Source: Beijerinckiaceae bacterium (lineage in GTDB: Bacteria; Pseudomonadota; Alphaproteobacteria; Rhizobiales; Beijerinckiaceae). From it: a stretch of 64,000 bases of DNA. How positions within the stretch are numbered: position 1 is the first letter of the stretch; every line of letters begins with the position of its first letter. Below are positions 59,868-64,000 of the stretch, piece by piece. The stretch covers positions 1,029,175 to 1,093,174 of the forward strand of contig CBDICN010000002.1 of the NCBI GenBank assembly GCA_965277355.1. The letters run 5' to 3'. A model generated the notes under the pieces. It ran no database searches. It was not told the origin of the DNA and saw nothing but the letters and a program-made list of their open reading frames with translations. Position numbers and translations under genes: made by a program.

Positions 59868-59908
59868 CCAGTGCAACGGGCGTATAAGGACGCCCCGGGA
59901 GACTTGAA

Positions 59909-60157
59909 ATGGCGATCACGCTGACACCCGAGCAGCAAACGTGGCTTCAGGCGCACGTCGCGAGCGGTGCCTACGCGTCGATCGAGGAAGCCGTTCGCCA
60001 CCTCGTCGACGAGCGCATCGCCGAGGAGCACGACGATCTCGCCTGGGCCAAGCCCTATGCCGACGAGGCGCGGGCCGACATCGCGCAGGGGCGGGTCATC
60101 ACGCTGGAGGAGCACGAGAAGCGTAACGATGCTCGCTTCGACGCCATGAAAGGCTGA
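59909..60157 (+). CDS. ParD-like antitoxin
   Basis: ITLTPEQQTWLQAHVASGAYASIEEAVR. Confidence 0.85.
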   Translation: MAITLTPEQQTWLQAHVASGAYASIEEAVRHLVDERIAEEHDDLAWAKPYADEARADIAQGRVITLEEHEKRNDARFDAMKG

Positions 60158-60489
60158 TGGCACGTGTCGTCTTCACCGAGGCGGCCGACGCCGATTTGGC
60201 CGCCATTTACGACGACCTCGCACAACAAGCGGGCCTTGCCTCAGCCGCGAGATATCGGTGCTTGTTCGGAGCTTTGTTCGCGCGGCTCGCCGATCATCCC
60301 GACAGTGGACCTCGACGCCGTCATCTTGGCGCGGACATGCGGATAGGCGTGGTCTGGCCTTACCTCGTCGTCCATAGCGACGCGATGTCTGCCGACACGG
60401 TGACGATCGCGCGTATCGTGCATGGGCGCCGAAAGATCAGCGGGCGACTTCTGCTCACCTCGAGCCGACCGCCGGGGCAGACGCCTTGA
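60157..60489 (+). CDS. ParE/RelE-family toxin
   Basis: VVFTEAADADLAAIYD, LADHPDSG..R, VTIARIVHGRR. Confidence 0.85.
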   Translation: MARVVFTEAADADLAAIYDDLAQQAGLASAARYRCLFGALFARLADHPDSGPRRRHLGADMRIGVVWPYLVVHSDAMSADTVTIARIVHGRRKISGRLLLTSSRPPGQTP

Positions 60490-61163
60490 AAGCCGACCAT
60501 GCCCTGACCGCAGAGGCGGTTCATTCCTTCACCCCCGGCGCCGTGTTCGCCCGCGTCGCGGCGCGCGTCGCGCCGACGCTGGCGCCGGACGCGCTCGACC
60601 GCGCGGTGACGCCGCTCACCGGCGATCACGCGATGAACCCGTGGTCGGTCACCGCCGACTTCCTCGCCAAGGCGCGGGCGGCGGCGGTGCTGATCGCGCT
60701 GATCGAGCGCGAGGACGGCGTCCACGTGCTGTTGACCCGGCGCACCAGCGGCCTGCGCGACCATTCCGGCCAGATCGCCTTTCCCGGCGGGAAAGTGGAT
60801 CCCGACGACGCCTCGCCGGCCGCCACCGCGCTGCGCGAGGCGTGGGAGGAGGTCGGACTCGCGGCGGACCATGTCGAGGTGATGGGCTATCTCGGCGCCT
60901 ATCTGACGCGCACCGGCTTCCGCATCGTGCCGGTCGTCGCCCGCGTGCGGCCGCCGTTCGCGCTGACGCTCAACCCGGCCGAGGTGGTGGAGACCTTCGA
61001 GGTGCCGTTCGCCTTCCTGATGAGCGAGGCCAACCACACTCTCAGCCAGGCCACCTGGAAGGAGACGCCCTGGCACTTCTACAAGATCGACTACGAGGCC
61101 CGCGCGATCTGGGGCATCACGGCCGGCATCCTGCGCATCCTCTACGAGACGCTGTACCTCTAG
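60486..61163 (+). CDS. CoA pyrophosphatase, Nudix (NudL-like)
   Basis: LRDHSGQIAFPGG, ALREAWEEVGL, IWGITAGIL; start uncertain. Confidence 0.9.
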   Translation: MKADHALTAEAVHSFTPGAVFARVAARVAPTLAPDALDRAVTPLTGDHAMNPWSVTADFLAKARAAAVLIALIEREDGVHVLLTRRTSGLRDHSGQIAFPGGKVDPDDASPAATALREAWEEVGLAADHVEVMGYLGAYLTRTGFRIVPVVARVRPPFALTLNPAEVVETFEVPFAFLMSEANHTLSQATWKETPWHFYKIDYEARAIWGITAGILRILYETLYL

Positions 61164-61181
61164 CGCCGACCCCAGGCGCGT

Positions 61182-61353
61182 GTATCCTCCTCCGTGAAAC
61201 GGGGGAGGGGGACCATGCGGAGCATGGTGGAGGGGGCGGCCGCCGCTCCGATGTCTGGACGTTCGACCGAGAGCAAGCTTCGAGCTTGCAGCGGCGGCAG
61301 CCCCCTCCACCGCCTGCGGCGGTCCCCCTCCCCCGCTGCGCGGAGGAGGATAC
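61182..61353. repeat. Gene-less paired family-C element (MITE/REP-dimer-like)
   Basis: Perfect 13-bp terminal inverted repeat GTATCCTCCTCCG...CGGAGGAGGATAC; arms match those around the DUF559 gene. Confidence 0.85.
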
Positions 61354-61442
61354 GGCCCGGCACTTCCACCTTGCCGGATTCGCGCTCGAGACTCTGCCCC
61401 GGCGGCGCCGTGCTTGCCACGAATCGTGCGACAATGCTCCTC

Positions 61443-61498
61443 ATGAGCGAGCCGACATGAGCGAGCCGACATGAGCGAGCCGAGATGAGCGAGCCGAG
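61443..61498 (+). repeat. 14-bp x4 tandem repeat over the ampG-like start codon
   Basis: (ATGAGCGAGCCGAC)2(ATGAGCGAGCCGAG)2. Confidence 0.92.
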
Positions 61499-62774
61499 AC
61501 CGCGCCTGCGCCTGGCGGAGATCGTCCAGGATCGCACCCTGGCGCTGATGCTCGCGCTGGGGTTCAGCTCGGGCCTGCCGTTCCTGCTGGTGCTCGGCGA
61601 CCAGGCGCTGCGGCTCGCCGAGTCCCATGTGGCGATCGAGACGATCGGCCTGATGAGCTGGGTCGGCCTGTGGTACTCTCTAAAGTATCTTTGGGCGCCG
61701 GTGATCGACAGGGTCGACCTCCCGATCCTGGCGCGCGCGCTCGGACGGCGGCGCGCCTGGCTGCTGGTGTTCCAGCTCGCGGTGGTCGCGGGCCTGATCG
61801 GGCTCGCCTTCGCCGACCCCCGGCCGCACGCGCTCGGCCTGGCGATCGCGTTCTCGACCTTCACGGCCTTCGCCGCAGCCTCGCAAGACATCGTCATCGA
61901 CGGGTGGCGCATCGACGCCGCGCCGACGCAGCGCCAAGGCGTGATGGCGGCGACCGGCAACCTCGGCTATCGCCTCGCGCTGATCTGCACCGGCTACGTC
62001 GCTCTCGTCCTCGCCCAGCGTTACGGCTGGACCCGCGCCTACCTGGCGATGGCCGGGCTGATGACGATCGGGATCGTGGCCGGCCTGCTCTCGCCGCGTC
62101 TGCCCGAACGCGAGGGGGTCGTGCGGCCATCGCTGGCGCGGAGCTTCATCGATCCGCTGGCCGACCTCGGCAAGCGTCACGGCTGGACCTTGATCGCCAT
62201 CCTGCTTCTCGTCGCCCTCTACCGGCTGCCCGACTTCCTCACCGGCGTGATGGCCAATCCGCTCTACGTCAAGCTGCACTTCTCGAAGGACGAGATCGGG
62301 ACGATGGTCAAGCTCTACGGCGTTTGGGTCGGCATCGCCGGCGCTTTCGCCGGCGGCTTCGCGATCCTTCGGCTCGGCCTGATGCCGGCGCTCCTGATCG
62401 GCGGCGTCTGCGCGTCGGCCTCGCACCTCTGCCTCGCCCTTCTCGCCGCCTCCGACAAGAGCCTCGCGCTGCTGGCGCTCTCCGTCAGCGTCGAGAACTT
62501 CGCCGGCAATTTCGCCGGCGCGGCGCTCATCGCCTACATGTCGTCGCTGACGTCGCCGCTGTTTGCTGCGAGCCAATATGCGCTGCTGAGCTCGCTCTAC
62601 GCGCTGCTCGGCAAGTTCTTCGGCGGCTTCTCCGGCTTCGCCGTGAAGGCCTACGGCTACCCGAGCTTCTTCATCGCCTCGTCGACGATCGGGATCCCGG
62701 TCGCCCTGCTCTGCCTGTTCGTCTGGGCGCGGCAGCGCAAACCGCAGCCCGACGCCGCGCTCGTGGAAGCGTGA
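61485..62774 (+). CDS. ampG: AmpG-like MFS permease
   Basis: LGFSSGLPF, LKYLWAP.IDR, GRRRAWLL, ASQDIVIDGWRI, ASQYALLSSL. Confidence 0.85.
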   Translation: MSEPRPRLRLAEIVQDRTLALMLALGFSSGLPFLLVLGDQALRLAESHVAIETIGLMSWVGLWYSLKYLWAPVIDRVDLPILARALGRRRAWLLVFQLAVVAGLIGLAFADPRPHALGLAIAFSTFTAFAAASQDIVIDGWRIDAAPTQRQGVMAATGNLGYRLALICTGYVALVLAQRYGWTRAYLAMAGLMTIGIVAGLLSPRLPEREGVVRPSLARSFIDPLADLGKRHGWTLIAILLLVALYRLPDFLTGVMANPLYVKLHFSKDEIGTMVKLYGVWVGIAGAFAGGFAILRLGLMPALLIGGVCASASHLCLALLAASDKSLALLALSVSVENFAGNFAGAALIAYMSSLTSPLFAASQYALLSSLYALLGKFFGGFSGFAVKAYGYPSFFIASSTIGIPVALLCLFVWARQRKPQPDAALVEA

Positions 62775-62833
62775 CGGCCCCATATCGCCCTGGCCGATGC
62801 CCGCCAAGCATCGGCCTGTTCCGTCGCGCGCCG

Positions 62834-63163
62834 TTAGTCTTTCGTCGCGCTCCCGGCGGCGTGGGTGACGGCCTCGCCGAGCGCCTTGATCTTCTCGGCG
62901 CTCTTGCCGTCCGCCTTGCCGGCGATGCGCACGGTCTCCTCGCCGAGCTTCGCCATGAGGTCCTTGACCTTGGCGCCGTCGATCTCGTCGGCCTGCAGCA
63001 GCTTCCTCAACCGCTCGAGGTTGCCGTGGATGGTCTTGGCGCCGGACACCTCCGACTTCTCGAGCGTCGCCTCCCAGCCCTCGATGTTCTTCACCGCGGC
63101 GGAGACCGTGAAACCCTTGATGCCTTCCTTGAGGTGCTTGATGGTGGCGTCGAACTGCGGCAT
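62834..63163 (-). CDS. Hypothetical Lys/Ala-rich helical protein (109 aa)
   Basis: Host-like codon usage; GGGAG RBS before ATG 63163. Confidence 0.7.
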   Translation of the reverse strand: MPQFDATIKHLKEGIKGFTVSAAVKNIEGWEATLEKSEVSGAKTIHGNLERLRKLLQADEIDGAKVKDLMAKLGEETVRIAGKADGKSAEKIKALGEAVTHAAGSATKD

Positions 63164-63289
63164 TCCCAACTCCCTGGCAATCACCGTCGCCCGACGGCCA
63201 AACCGGTCAAGCTGCAAGGCGCGGGTTTGGTTCTGCCGCGCCCGCTGCGCCGCCTTGTCGCAAGCGCCGCTGTCCGCCTTACGGCCGCG

Positions 63290-63781
63290 TCAGTCGGGAA
63301 GCCGGGTGATCCGCGGCCGCCAGATGCCGAGCACGACGTTGGCCGTCGCCACCGCGAAGAGCACCCACAGCGTGGCGCGCTCCGTTGCGAGCGACCCGGC
63401 GAGCGACCCGGCGAGCGCGGCCGGATCGGCGTGGGCCGCCAGCGCCGCGGCGCTGCGCCGCGCCTCGTCGTGCATCGGGGCCTGGACGCCTTGCAGGCCC
63501 CCCTCGAAGAGGAGGACGCCGCTGACGAGCTTCACCCAGGCCCAGCCGGCGTTGTGAAAGGCGCGGTTCACGGCGATCGCGAGCAGGCCGGCCATCAGGC
63601 TGAGGCTTAGCGAGGGGAGGAAGACCCACGAGGAGATCGCGCCCATCGCCGCGCGCACCGCGGCGTAGCCGGCGAGCGAGGACTTCGGCGGCGCGACGCT
63701 CGAGAGGACGAGCAGCGAGGCCATCGCGCCCAACAGCCCGATCGCGCCCATCGTGTGGAGGAATTTCAGGAGGCGTCGCAC
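63290..63781 (-). CDS. DUF2269-like membrane protein
   Basis: LLKFLHT.GAIG, four TM segments, GWAWVK, LGIWRP; 12-bp repeat at 63387-63417. Confidence 0.7.
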   Translation of the reverse strand: MRRLLKFLHTMGAIGLLGAMASLLVLSSVAPPKSSLAGYAAVRAAMGAISSWVFLPSLSLSLMAGLLAIAVNRAFHNAGWAWVKLVSGVLLFEGGLQGVQAPMHDEARRSAAALAAHADPAALAGSLAGSLATERATLWVLFAVATANVVLGIWRPRITRLPD

Positions 63782-63900
63782 GGCGTGAAGAGGCCCCCGT
63801 TGGTCGGCTGGCCGGAACCCTACCGCGGCCGCCGGGATCGCGGTAGCGGGATCGTCCGCGCCCGTCACGTGCCGCGCTACGATCCGGTCGAGGCCACCGT

Positions 63901-63966
63901 GTATCCTCCCCCGTGAAACGGGGGAGGGGGACCATGCGGAGCATGGTGGAGGGGCTGCCGCCGCTC
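63901..63966 (+). repeat. Family-C palindromic left arm (partner probably beyond the window)
   Basis: GTATCCTCCCCCGTGAAACGGGGGAGGGGGACCATGCGGAGCATGGTGGAGGGG, near-identical to 61182-61247. Confidence 0.85.
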
Positions 63967-64000
63967 CGTTGACGAGAAGTTCACCGAGAACAGACATCCG

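Overview
GC-rich (about 69% by eye) chromosomal segment of an alphaproteobacterium of the Hyphomicrobiales/Rhizobiales type, judged from chvI-chvG-hprK-EIIA-HPr, a CtrA box and CIR-like palindromes. The backbone is housekeeping: ftsX (partial), rimP-nusA-ylxR-infB-rbfA-truB, chvIG/PTS, mtgA/ispA, ispG, pyrD, mdh, def-fmt-truA, dmeRF, moxR-DUF58-DUF4159, DUF1285-nudL and an ampG-like permease. It is repeatedly interrupted by small accessory insertions: four toxin-antitoxin modules, two HxlR-regulated cassettes, IS5 and Uma2 relics and several ORFans. No rRNA, tRNA or CRISPR array was seen. Most notable observations: (1) a complete IS110 element (47415-48537) whose 5' non-coding region reads as a bridge RNA; its guide segments match both its own donor junction and the REP-like palindrome it sits in, while its recombinase has lost the first catalytic Asp. 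(2) Two unrelated small nucleases (GIY-YIG, DUF559), each bracketed by its own family of inverted palindromic repeats; gene-less copies of these repeats occur elsewhere in the window, suggesting nuclease-associated REP/MITE-like mobile elements. (3) A tandem array of three paralogous 70-74 aa secreted micro-proteins. (4) A two-domain gamma-carbonic-anhydrase-like protein whose metal ligands are split complementarily between the domains. (5) Many short 3-4-unit tandem duplications, including inside pyrD and dmeF and over the ampG start codon. Family assignments are from motif recognition by eye; no database searches were run.
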